Position numbers and translations under genes: made by a program. A stretch of DNA of 64,000 nt from positions 96,001-160,000 of the IMG/VR virus record IMGVR_UViG_3300020473_002200. The stretch is one strand, 5' to 3'. The stretch comes from a virus. Shown piece after piece: positions 48,281 to 58,436 of the stretch (positions within the stretch are counted from its first letter, which is position 1; each line of letters opens with the position of its first letter). The notes under the pieces were generated by a model that saw only the letters and a program-made list of their open reading frames with translations, did not search any database and was not told the origin of the DNA.

Positions 48281-48615
48281 ATTTATTTTATGGCGTCGCT
48301 TTAATCCTCACACTGCAAGCCATGGCCTGGGTCGGCGCAAACGGCCAATTTTCAGAATATTTCAAAAGCTATAATACACTTCTCATTTGTGTCGCATTAG
48401 CAATTCCAATTTCTATTTGTGGGTATTTTGGTTCAAGATTTCTATATGCTCATTTTTCATCAGCATGGTCAATTCGATTTATTGGTTTCGGATTATCTTA
48501 TTTGGTGTTCCCATTTATGACGTGGTTTTTATTGGGTGAAACAATGTTTACCCTTAAGACGGCGATTTGTATATTTTTGTCATTCTGCATAATACTTATT
48601 CAGGTATTGATGTAG
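48277..48615 (+). CDS. small multi-TM membrane protein (DMT-like)
   Basis: About 4 hydrophobic helices. Confidence 0.55.
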   Translation: MNLFYGVALILTLQAMAWVGANGQFSEYFKSYNTLLICVALAIPISICGYFGSRFLYAHFSSAWSIRFIGFGLSYLVFPFMTWFLLGETMFTLKTAICIFLSFCIILIQVLM

Positions 48616-48626
48616 GATGGTGAGCT

Positions 48627-48866
48627 TTGCGAAAAATCAGTTTATTACTAATAGCCGTTTCATTTCTTTTAATGGGCTCTGGTCCTAAACCAACCAAAAC
48701 AAAATTTTATAATTTTGATGATCTTTTAATTAACGGAGAATATAAGAAACCCCAGGTTTTGTATACTGACGCTAGACAAAAGGTTCGGTTTGAGAGATTA
48801 CTAAAGCTTAAAAAAGATTTTCTCCCCAAACTTGAGGCTACTAAGGCTGATCCTGCTTTAAGATAA
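48627..48866 (+). CDS. CglF/GltF (myxobacterial gliding motility)-like exported protein
   Basis: Signal peptide, then KTKFYNFDDLLINGEYKKPQVLYTDARQKVRFERLLKLKKDFLPKL, matching the recalled F.D....GE..KP...Y...R.K..F..L.K....F.P.L pattern. Confidence 0.55.
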   Translation: MRKISLLLIAVSFLLMGSGPKPTKTKFYNFDDLLINGEYKKPQVLYTDARQKVRFERLLKLKKDFLPKLEATKADPALR

Positions 48867-48878
48867 AGGACTTATGAT

Positions 48879-49517
48879 ATGAGAAGCAAATTAAGAACAT
48901 TAATTAGAGAAATGCTTGAAGATGAGCTTAGTCCAGTCGCTCCGCAACGAACAATACCCCAGAATGAATGGACTTTATTGCAGTCTGGTGATCCAAGAAG
49001 AGAGCAAGTAAAACAAAACTTATTCGATTTAGTGCAGCAAACATACGCTCCTATCGGTGGCCACTTTAAAATTACTAGTCCTGATAGTCTAGATAGATAC
49101 ACCTATTGGGTCGTTAAAGATATTGATGATGATGCAGATGTTGATGTTGCGATTATGGGAAAACCTGATGTCGGCGGAGTAAAAATGGGGGCCGCAGCAA
49201 ATGATGGCTCACCACAGGCCTCAGGGGAATATAAGAGCAAATCTGCAGAGCTTAGAGCTGGTGGATCTATTGCCGGTATTGGGAATTGGTGGGGTGAGGT
49301 TAGCGGAAAGCCTGCGTACGCCATGTTAAAAAGAGGCGCAAAGCCAGTTGAGGATGAAGCGAAGGTTGCACAATTACTCGCAGGTGATGACTATATTTTT
49401 CATGGAGAACACCCGGACCCAAATGCTCCGCCATTGTTTAAGAGCGCAAAGGGTTGGTATACTAAAAAGTTCGGAGCTAAAAGCTCAACAAAGATCATAT
49501 TGGGGAATCCAGCGTGA
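48879..49517 (+). CDS. leader-tagged cargo protein (MRSKLRTLIREMLE), unknown domain
   Basis: First member of the array. Confidence 0.7.
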   Translation: MRSKLRTLIREMLEDELSPVAPQRTIPQNEWTLLQSGDPRREQVKQNLFDLVQQTYAPIGGHFKITSPDSLDRYTYWVVKDIDDDADVDVAIMGKPDVGGVKMGAAANDGSPQASGEYKSKSAELRAGGSIAGIGNWWGEVSGKPAYAMLKRGAKPVEDEAKVAQLLAGDDYIFHGEHPDPNAPPLFKSAKGWYTKKFGAKSSTKIILGNPA

Positions 49518-49705
49518 ACTTATTACGAGAATATATAAGCGCGCTATTAGAGTTTAGTATAAAGGCTAATAGGAAGAACACTCACCAAGATGGAACATGT
49601 CAAAGTCGTGGTTATATGAGCGGGAAAGATGTGACATGGACCGGCGACGATACAAATGACGAGCTGTATGGCTGGTATAAAAAAATGGGAATGATGGAGG
49701 ACTAA
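49514..49705 (+). CDS. leader-tagged small protein (MNLLREYISALLE)
   Basis: GTGA coupling. Confidence 0.65.
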   Translation: MNLLREYISALLEFSIKANRKNTHQDGTCQSRGYMSGKDVTWTGDDTNDELYGWYKKMGMMED

Positions 49706-49944
49706 TGAAAGTCACAAAACGACAATTAAGAAAAATCATTTCAGAAGCGCTAGCACTGGATCTAGAAGTCGGCGATGTAATTCTTACTGGTCGTTTTAAA
49801 AACAAGAGAACAGTCGTAAAGAGTATTGGGACTGATGACATGGGCCAACCTACTATAAACGGGATGAAAGCGCTCAGCTTTAGAATAGAGAAGCTGATGC
49901 CAAAATCTAAATGGAGTAAAAAGTCTCTGGAGGAAGAAGAGTGA
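49705..49944 (+). CDS. leader-tagged small beta-rich protein (MKVTKRQLRKIISE)
   Basis: Cargo LEVGDVILTGRFKNKRTVVKSIGTD. Confidence 0.7.
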   Translation: MKVTKRQLRKIISEALALDLEVGDVILTGRFKNKRTVVKSIGTDDMGQPTINGMKALSFRIEKLMPKSKWSKKSLEEEE

Positions 49945-50909
49945 AAATCACAAAACGACAACTGCGAAGAATTATCAGGGAATCTACCTACGAAGATTGG
50001 CGAGATGATATTAACATCGCTGATGATTGGTATGGTGATCTTAGCAACACGCAAGATGAGTATAGTAAGCTACGATCACCTGCAGGTAACAGGATAGGAA
50101 TAAGCTGGTACCTTGGCGTTCCTATGTGGTCTAGCTATGCCAAGTCGACGTTCATGAAAAGGTATGGAAATCGCGCTGGCGCTACAGTTAGGATTGTTAG
50201 AGACCGGAAGGACCCTCCACTGGTAGGGTATATTACAGTTAACGGTATAAAGTCTCTTGACCTCAGCGACCTTAGCAACGTCGATAAACGCCCTCGAGAA
50301 CTAGCTGACTTACTGAAAAAAACTATGGACGAAAGTCTTAAAGACCCCGAGCGAATGGCTCAGTACAAAGATTACCTGAATTCAAATCGAGGGCCCGGGA
50401 TGGTAATGGCCTCTGCAAGATCGTCATGCTCTAAGATGAGAATCACAGAGGCGCAACTAAGAAGAATTGTTAAAGAATCTTTGAAGACAGAAATATTCGG
50501 CTTTGGTAAAAAGAAGAAGAAAGAAAGCAAAATAGAAAAACCCGTTTATCTTATAAGAGTAGATAGTTTTCCAAAAAGCTGGGCCGCCCATTCCTACAGA
50601 ATAAGTAAAGACCAAGATAATGAAAATAGAAAATCTGAAAAGCAACTAGGAAAAGAGATTGGCGCAGAAGTAGACATGGCTCTTTTGAATAATCGATATA
50701 TTCTAGCTGTGCAAAAGCCTTATGAAACTAGCGCTGAAGCAAAAAGCGTAGTTAGTAAAATAAACACCGTAGTTAAGAAAATGCTTGAAGATGAATCAAT
50801 CCACTTTGGCAAAGATAAGCAAACTCCAGAAGCAATAAAGTCTGGTAAAATAGCGTCTATTCTTGTGTGGGATTCGGAAAAAAGTCTTCCTTGGGAGAAG
50901 TTGCTATAA
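49941..50909 (+). CDS. two fused leader-tagged cassettes
   Basis: MKITKRQLRRIIRE at the start and an in-frame MRITEAQLRRIVKE at 50436. Confidence 0.7.
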   Translation: MKITKRQLRRIIRESTYEDWRDDINIADDWYGDLSNTQDEYSKLRSPAGNRIGISWYLGVPMWSSYAKSTFMKRYGNRAGATVRIVRDRKDPPLVGYITVNGIKSLDLSDLSNVDKRPRELADLLKKTMDESLKDPERMAQYKDYLNSNRGPGMVMASARSSCSKMRITEAQLRRIVKESLKTEIFGFGKKKKKESKIEKPVYLIRVDSFPKSWAAHSYRISKDQDNENRKSEKQLGKEIGAEVDMALLNNRYILAVQKPYETSAEAKSVVSKINTVVKKMLEDESIHFGKDKQTPEAIKSGKIASILVWDSEKSLPWEKLL

Positions 50910-51235
50910 TGAAAGTTACAAAGAAACAGTTGAGAAGAATAATCAGGGAAGTTTCTGCTTCACGCGCGATGTTAAATAAAGCACGTGAAGTTAACCGTGG
51001 TAAGGCAGCTGATTTATTTCAAAGGTTTGATGATCTAGGACACAGGCTAGCCCAGATGAGTAATTCTGATCCGGATTACGAAAATGTTAGTGATGATTAT
51101 GACATACTCGAAGATGAGCTTGAAGATCTTGGTTACGAAATTCCTTCGTCCTTTAATCCGTTTAGGGTCGATAGCGGCAAAATTCGAGATAAAGCCACTG
51201 GAGAAATTGTTCACACAAGGCAAAAAAGAAGATGA
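50909..51235 (+). CDS. leader-tagged protein (MKVTKKQLRRIIRE)
   Basis: TAATG coupling at 50907-50911 gives the true start. Confidence 0.7.
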   Translation: MKVTKKQLRRIIREVSASRAMLNKAREVNRGKAADLFQRFDDLGHRLAQMSNSDPDYENVSDDYDILEDELEDLGYEIPSSFNPFRVDSGKIRDKATGEIVHTRQKRR

Positions 51236-51402
51236 AGTTAGATGTCAAGACCTTAATAACGATAGTAACTTTTGCTGCCACGATGGGCGGCTTTTACTAT
51301 TCCACTCAGCTAAGGTTAGATCATCTAGAAGAGAATGTCGCTAGTGTAGAAAAGCAAATCAAGCAACTTAAGAAGCAAAAGAGAAAAGTTAGGACGAAGT
51401 AA
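51232..51402 (+). CDS. 56 aa TM plus coiled-coil protein (not in the ORF track)
   Basis: MKLDVKTLITIVTFAATMGGFYYSTQLRLDHLEENVASVEKQIKQLKKQKRKVRTK; coupled on both sides. Confidence 0.55.
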   Translation: MKLDVKTLITIVTFAATMGGFYYSTQLRLDHLEENVASVEKQIKQLKKQKRKVRTK

Positions 51403-51729
51403 GTGTACGAATACCGAGCATTTGTCAGAAAAGTATATGATGGTGATACAGTTACTGTAGATATTGATCTGGGATTCGACGTCATTCTTAAGGCTCAGAA
51501 AATACGTCTACTTCGTATAAACGCTCCTGAAGTCAGAGGTGAACAAAGAGAATTTGGCTTAAAGTCTAGAGACGCCCTTCGTCAAAAAATTGGTAATAAA
51601 TGGATTAGGCTAAAAACAGAAAAAGATAAGAAGGGTAAGTTCGGTCGCTGGCTTGGGGAGATTTGGTTCAATGATGAGTGCGTAAATGATTGGCTTCTAA
51701 GAGAGGGATTCGCAGAGGTATATAAATGA
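51403..51729 (+). CDS. staphylococcal nuclease (SNase/thermonuclease) homolog
   Basis: VYDGDTV, IRLLRINAPE, GKFGRWLG, WLLREGFA. Confidence 0.88.
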   Translation: MYEYRAFVRKVYDGDTVTVDIDLGFDVILKAQKIRLLRINAPEVRGEQREFGLKSRDALRQKIGNKWIRLKTEKDKKGKFGRWLGEIWFNDECVNDWLLREGFAEVYK

Positions 51730-53006
51730 AAATCGCAAAGTATCAGCTAAGAAAATTTATCCGCGAAAGTTTTTCTTCTGAAGATTTTAAGGATGTTTAT
51801 AATACTGCAAGGATGGCTCATGTAGGTCAAACCAGACGCGATGGTTCTGAGTATTTTTCACACCCATCAGAAGTTAGAAATATCGCCAGAAGTTTTTATC
51901 CTAGAGATAAACTCGCGCAATTAGCGGCTCTTCTTCACGATTCCTTAGAAGACGCCCCAGGATCTACAGTCGAGTCTGCTGAGGAGATGGAAGATTTTAT
52001 CAGGGGTTCTATACAGGATAATTCTCAAGCTGATGAAGTGATTAGGGTCGTACGCGCTTTGACTCATGAAAAGGGTGGAGATTATTTGTCATACGTAGTC
52101 GGTTTAATGGGTGATGTGCCTACTCTAAGGGTAAAGTTATCAGACATGGTTCATAATCTTACCGATAATCCGTCTCCAAAACAAAAAGCAAAATATAAAT
52201 CAGCTTTAGACGCAATTTCAATAAAGACTTCAGGCCAGCCTCCTTCTGGAATTTCTAGCAAACATTGGGACACTCTTCTTTCTTTGGCTGAGAATAAAAA
52301 TCATTCTTTAAAAGAATATATTGGTTTATTAATTGAGCTGGATGAAGTGGCACTTCTTAGTGAGGGTGAGGGTATATCTTGTCCTATTCGCGGGGCTTGG
52401 TACGGCGGCATGCCTGCAGGCGGCGGGTTTGGTCCCCATAAAGAGTACACTGTCGCAGCCCAAAGATACGGAGAGGCTGCTCATTGTATTCTTGGTTCTC
52501 TTGGTAGAAGGGTCGGTGCACCCGGAAAAACAGAGTGGCATTCAATGATGGTCGGCGAACGCGAGCACCTTCTAGAAGAAATCGGCATCATGATGAAAGT
52601 GATAGAAGAGTATTCTAGAGACTTGTACATAGACCAAATTAACGATATCACTCGCTATAGAGAAGATCGAAGGGAAGAGATTGCTGAGTGGAACCAGGGT
52701 GCAATTGATGACATTAGAAAGACGGCACCAAAACTTGAAGAAAAAGCTAGAAATAATATGGGCCGCTTAAAAGCAATAAAAGATGCTGAGCCAGAGTTTC
52801 CAGACTCTGTTTTTAAAGTTGCGCTTTATACATACCAAAGCTTAGGTATGCTAGGCAAGTTTATGCTTGAGAGTATTGAAGACTGGGACGATGAAAAAGG
52901 GACCGGTTTAGATCCTGCAAAAAACGCTTTTAAAAACCGGCGACTGCGTGGAAGAACTTTTATGTTAGCCGCGGCTATCGATGAAATGATTGAGGACTTA
53001 TCATGA
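51726..53006 (+). CDS. leader-tagged HD-domain (p)ppGpp hydrolase-like (Mesh1/SpoT-HD) domain fused to a second cassette
   Basis: AHVGQTRRDGSEYFSHP, AALLHDSLED, VKLSDMVHN; internal LKEYIGLLIE at 52308. Confidence 0.8.
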   Translation: MKIAKYQLRKFIRESFSSEDFKDVYNTARMAHVGQTRRDGSEYFSHPSEVRNIARSFYPRDKLAQLAALLHDSLEDAPGSTVESAEEMEDFIRGSIQDNSQADEVIRVVRALTHEKGGDYLSYVVGLMGDVPTLRVKLSDMVHNLTDNPSPKQKAKYKSALDAISIKTSGQPPSGISSKHWDTLLSLAENKNHSLKEYIGLLIELDEVALLSEGEGISCPIRGAWYGGMPAGGGFGPHKEYTVAAQRYGEAAHCILGSLGRRVGAPGKTEWHSMMVGEREHLLEEIGIMMKVIEEYSRDLYIDQINDITRYREDRREEIAEWNQGAIDDIRKTAPKLEEKARNNMGRLKAIKDAEPEFPDSVFKVALYTYQSLGMLGKFMLESIEDWDDEKGTGLDPAKNAFKNRRLRGRTFMLAAAIDEMIEDLS

Positions 53007-53959
53007 GCTTACTACGAAGATACATAAGGGAAGCGTTAATAAGCGAAAGCGCTAACTTAAAAAAGCTTAACGAAATTATAGAAGAGTGTTGCATTAGATA
53101 CTGCTTAAAAGAAGGCATTATATCTATACCGTCTAATCCAAAAAACTATATTGTTGTAGAGGGCCGATGGCTTATAAGAAAGTCTTTACTTGCCGAAAGA
53201 AAAAGTGATACTTTGGCGACAATTGATCAAGCAAGAAAGTCCTCGAATTATTGGACTCCTGGGAAATGTGGCGATTTTGAGCACACTTATGGGAGCATAA
53301 GTACAAATCTTAAGCATGGCCGCGGTATGGATCATATTGAAAAATATTTAGATGATGATGAAGGTGAAGCATATTGGAGATGGTATGGTTCATGTGCAAA
53401 AGGGGTGGATAAATTCCAGTGGTTACAAGCAGATATGATAGCCGGTGCGGGTGGTGCGATTGTTGATCTTACAAAAGCTGCTGGGAAGGGGTTGTATAGA
53501 ATACTTAAGCCGGCCGTGAAGAAAGCCGGTCGTTTAGCATTAAACGTAGCAGACGAAGCTGGAAAACTTGCTTTAAAGTCGACCGGCAAAGCTTTGGGGA
53601 TCGCGTGGGATGTTATAAAAGACGTAGTAACAGATTCCGCAGACGCTACCTGGGACTGGATGAAGACTAGGGGGACAAAAAAAGACCTCACGACATTGGC
53701 TTATGAAAATCCGGATAAATTTATTGAATTTCATAATACAACAAAAGGCAGATTACAGGGCGCTGGTTTGCCGGTCGATTCAGCTGGAGAGACAGCCAGC
53801 ACAATGGGTTTGCTACAAACAGATATAGGGAAACAAACAGCAGAAACTGCTGCTAGCTCATTAGGTATTACTGCTTCTCAATTGGAAGATTTATTAATAG
53901 TTCATATGCACACATTTAATGAGCTTACTTTAGCTAAAAAGAGGACGGCTTTTACATGA
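53003..53959 (+). CDS. leader-tagged helical protein (MSLLRRYIREALISE)
   Basis: Ala/Gly/Lys amphipathic helices in the C-terminal half. Confidence 0.7.
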   Translation: MSLLRRYIREALISESANLKKLNEIIEECCIRYCLKEGIISIPSNPKNYIVVEGRWLIRKSLLAERKSDTLATIDQARKSSNYWTPGKCGDFEHTYGSISTNLKHGRGMDHIEKYLDDDEGEAYWRWYGSCAKGVDKFQWLQADMIAGAGGAIVDLTKAAGKGLYRILKPAVKKAGRLALNVADEAGKLALKSTGKALGIAWDVIKDVVTDSADATWDWMKTRGTKKDLTTLAYENPDKFIEFHNTTKGRLQGAGLPVDSAGETASTMGLLQTDIGKQTAETAASSLGITASQLEDLLIVHMHTFNELTLAKKRTAFT

Positions 53960-55080
53960 AACTACTACGTGAATACATAAGAGAGTTATTACTAATAGAA
54001 TCCGATGAAGTTGATGCCGACGGGTACATCAAAGGTGAGGATGGGAAATGGTATAATCCCCAAGGTCGAAAGCAATGGGAGTTGCCATGGCAATTTAAGA
54101 ATAGCAGGAAGACAGGCAATATCAGGTACTACCCCGACGAGGATGGGACTTGGACTATTAAGCCACCATCGCCTATTCCCTCCAAGTATAACGGGGTTGA
54201 GGGTTACGTCTTGCATGCTGCGTACGAAAAGAATGGGGATGTCAAGTACGGAAGCAAAGTCGCCGGTGTGGATTTGCATGCAGGACAGTCCGCGGAATGG
54301 TGGGAATATCCGAAAGACGGCTCGATCGTAGTAGTACATCCAGAGCTCTATCAACGTGATGACGGTTACCCCTGGTTCACAAATCCCGAGTGGGTGGCGT
54401 ACTATAAAAAGGCGCTGGAAAAGATAATGACTTTGGGTGGAAACGCCTTCTCTTTCGCGAAATTCCAAGGGTTTATAGTTCAGGCCCAAGATCCTAATAG
54501 CGAATGGGCAAAGAGGCTTAGCGACTTAGGGGTAGCTGAAGGTCATACGCTATTAGAGCGTTATGGAAGAGCACTCCTCGATCCTGGTGATGAAGATTGG
54601 GTCGAGCAGGCAAAAGCAGCACGAGAAGGTGCAAAGTTACAGGGGCTATCATTTGAACTGTTTAAATGGCTTGGTGCCCATCTTGACTGGATGAAGACCT
54701 ATTATAAGAAGAGTATAAGTGATTTAGTTCTCCTCGAGCTTCTTGATGTGTACGAAGAATCCCAATCCGCTCCTAAGCCGGATTTAGAGGACGATGCCAC
54801 CGCCACTAAGGAAGGGAAAGAGCTAGCGCTCAAATTAGCTGACGCCATGTACATGCCTGTATTCGCTAAAGGCTTTGCAAAAATATGGCGTAAATTAAAT
54901 ATAAGTCCAAGGGAAGAGATTAGGGCGTTCTCGAAGTACGCAAGGGGAAATCGCACTGATGGTTATACACAGGCACATGATCTCTTAAGGAAGCATGATG
55001 AAACGACATATCCTAGTGGTATCATTTATGAGATACCAGACGAAGCCTATGCAGCGCTAGCAAGAGAATATTACAGCTAA
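53956..55080 (+). CDS. leader-tagged protein of unknown function
   Basis: MKLLREYIRELLLIE. Confidence 0.7.
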   Translation: MKLLREYIRELLLIESDEVDADGYIKGEDGKWYNPQGRKQWELPWQFKNSRKTGNIRYYPDEDGTWTIKPPSPIPSKYNGVEGYVLHAAYEKNGDVKYGSKVAGVDLHAGQSAEWWEYPKDGSIVVVHPELYQRDDGYPWFTNPEWVAYYKKALEKIMTLGGNAFSFAKFQGFIVQAQDPNSEWAKRLSDLGVAEGHTLLERYGRALLDPGDEDWVEQAKAAREGAKLQGLSFELFKWLGAHLDWMKTYYKKSISDLVLLELLDVYEESQSAPKPDLEDDATATKEGKELALKLADAMYMPVFAKGFAKIWRKLNISPREEIRAFSKYARGNRTDGYTQAHDLLRKHDETTYPSGIIYEIPDEAYAALAREYYS

Positions 55081-55813
55081 TGAAACTACTACGCGAGTAC
55101 ATAAGGGAGTTGTTGAGAGAGAAGGGCGAGCTTGGTAAAAAAGTGTTCGCTCAATCTGCACCTGAAGGTTCTCGCCACGCCGGAGATGAGCCGGACACTA
55201 AGTTGGAGACCAGTTTGAAACGTGCGCTAGCGAATCACTTGTTTGCAGGCGGCGCTTCATCAAAAGAGTTGGGTGAGCTTGGTCCCTACATATTGCGGTT
55301 CATGGATGATCCGGACTACAACGATGTCTTTATCAGATATTCGGGTGGAGAAGTTTGCAGAGGGACTCGGCTGAGTTTAGAAGAAGCCAGAAGTCTTATA
55401 CCTGGTTTCGACAACATGCCACTTGAGAGTGCAACAGGTCGTACACATGCATTCCAGAAGTTTGAAGCTTGGACACAGAAGGTCTCTGTTCCTCCATTTG
55501 AGTATTCCCCTAAGTCTGGCAACCAAGTGTCCTCGTGGTCAACGAACAGCGAAAGAGTCTGTACTCGGTTCGCGAAAAAGAACGCCGGTATTTGGGATGG
55601 AAATGTTGGCGTAATTCTATATACAGACTCTAGCCAAAATGATTTCTTAGATTTTAGCGAGCTGTACAAGTTTGGAGCGCTAAGTAAACACAGCCATGAA
55701 AAAGAAGTAGCAGCATTTGGTCCTGTGTTGGTAACGGCAGTTAAGGTTTACAAAGAGGTTACCGAAGAACAATGGGCTGAAGTGCAAACTGAAGTAGAGT
55801 TAGGAAGACCAAA

Positions 55814-55817
<4 letters not shown>
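55080..55817 (+). CDS. leader-tagged putative ADP-ribosyltransferase (R-S-E type)
   Basis: VCRG, VSSWST, HEKEV. Confidence 0.6.
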
Positions 55818-56864
<1,047 letters not shown>

Positions 56865-56865
56865 A

Positions 56866-57456
56866 ATGAACCTACTACGCGAGTACATAAGGCAACTGCT
56901 AACTGAATCCACTATTGATCCAAAGATCATGAGAATGATCGACAAGGCAGAGAAATATGGTCTTTTCGTGGACATCACATCTAACAGCGTAATCATCTAC
57001 GACGGCCACAACACCGATAAACCGCGCGCTAAAATTCACTTTGAAAGAGATACATCTTTCGGCCCCTGCAGAGGTGGAGCTTACGTTACTTATGCAAAAG
57101 CAGAAGGTGGCTTTGGCCCATTAGCTTATGACGTTGCCATTGAGGCTACAGGCGGTCTGATGTCAGATCGAACTGAAGTTTCCCACGAAGCGATGGTCGT
57201 TTGGGATTACTACGCGAATAACAGGCCCGATGTCAAAGTAGACCAGCTGGACATAATGAAGGACTACGGAGAAGAACAGTTAACTCCTGATGACAAGTCC
57301 GACGATTGCGATCAGGTACCGGCGTACGACAGGTACAAGTCAGACTGGCACAAGTCAGGCCTGTCAAAAAAGATAAGCAAGAGGGGTACGCCAGTCATAG
57401 ATGAGCTTAGAGCGCGTTTCATGCTTTACGACGATAGGGAAGACCACACACTATGA
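56866..57456 (+). CDS. leader-tagged GNAT acetyltransferase-like protein
   Basis: GGFGPLAYDVAIE...LMSDR..VS..A..VWDYY (motif A/B-like). Confidence 0.55.
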   Translation: MNLLREYIRQLLTESTIDPKIMRMIDKAEKYGLFVDITSNSVIIYDGHNTDKPRAKIHFERDTSFGPCRGGAYVTYAKAEGGFGPLAYDVAIEATGGLMSDRTEVSHEAMVVWDYYANNRPDVKVDQLDIMKDYGEEQLTPDDKSDDCDQVPAYDRYKSDWHKSGLSKKISKRGTPVIDELRARFMLYDDREDHTL

Positions 57457-58436
57457 AACTACTACGTGAATACATAAGAGGGTTACTTCAAGAAAGTGTT
57501 AGCCCAGAAAAGTTGAAAGATCTTGCTTCGAAGATAATGGTTTCCCCGAGCAATGATTTTTCTGGTCAAGTTGGAGAAAAGATAGCTCTGATGTGGCATC
57601 CGAATGGAATGAACCTAAATAGCATCAAGAATAATAATTTCTTCCCATTTGCAGATATAGCTGCTGGGCCCCTGCCTTCTGCTACTGGCGAGCGGACTTA
57701 TAGGCAAAGACAAAACGCTAGCCATCCGTTTCCACCTCTCTATTCTGTAAAAGCAAGTAGCAGCATTACTTTTAGAAAAGGTGTATGGCAAGGAGCTGAT
57801 CCTTTTGCTAATTCAAGAATCAAAGGTAGCACTATATACGAATTAGTCAATGAACGCGGCCAAAATGGTTTAAGAGACGAAATTGATGCAATTTATGGAC
57901 CTGCCGAGGCTGGTAAAGTAGTCAAGCTAAGATTGGGAGCTATCGGGATCTTTCCTAGAGCGATGGCTAAGGACGAATCTGAAGAGCCGAGAGATGCTTT
58001 TGCTGACCCTAGAGCGATAGGTGTTACAGTTAAAAAATACGGTCCGAAGGAATTTGAGTTTGTAGCAAGCGCGGCCGGGCTTTATGAAAACCCAGTGACA
58101 CGCGTTGGTAAGCTTGGTAGCGAATCCCTAGTAAGTGGCGCGTTTGGCGCCCCTGATAACTTAACCAGCGAAGATATGCAGCAACCAGCCTCTGTAATTC
58201 CTGCACAAACTAGCGGCAGAAAAGATCAAAAATCAGATAGCGCTAGAGTAGCCGACCAAGAAACTTTAGACAGTTTGAGAAGTAGTATTGCTGCTATTGA
58301 TGACTCAAGGATTAGTCTTTCTAATCAAGATTTAAAAACTTTAGCAGATATTAGCACTCTAGAACCTGATGAATTTGAAGAAATTAGAGAGTTAGTTAGA
58401 GGAATATTGTCTAGAAGATCTGGAGAAGAAGCGTGA
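57453..58436 (+). CDS. leader-tagged putative restriction-endonuclease-fold protein
   Basis: GEKIA, NFFPFADI, YSVKAS. Confidence 0.4.
   Translation: MKLLREYIRGLLQESVSPEKLKDLASKIMVSPSNDFSGQVGEKIALMWHPNGMNLNSIKNNNFFPFADIAAGPLPSATGERTYRQRQNASHPFPPLYSVKASSSITFRKGVWQGADPFANSRIKGSTIYELVNERGQNGLRDEIDAIYGPAEAGKVVKLRLGAIGIFPRAMAKDESEEPRDAFADPRAIGVTVKKYGPKEFEFVASAAGLYENPVTRVGKLGSESLVSGAFGAPDNLTSEDMQQPASVIPAQTSGRKDQKSDSARVADQETLDSLRSSIAAIDDSRISLSNQDLKTLADISTLEPDEFEEIRELVRGILSRRSGEEA

Noticed and set aside
26980-50909. ORF-track start sites at 26980, 28538, 30434, 32305, 40674, 41654, 44226 and 50867
   Set aside because: Downstream starts fit better with SD position, stop-start coupling or domain boundaries, so those were used instead.
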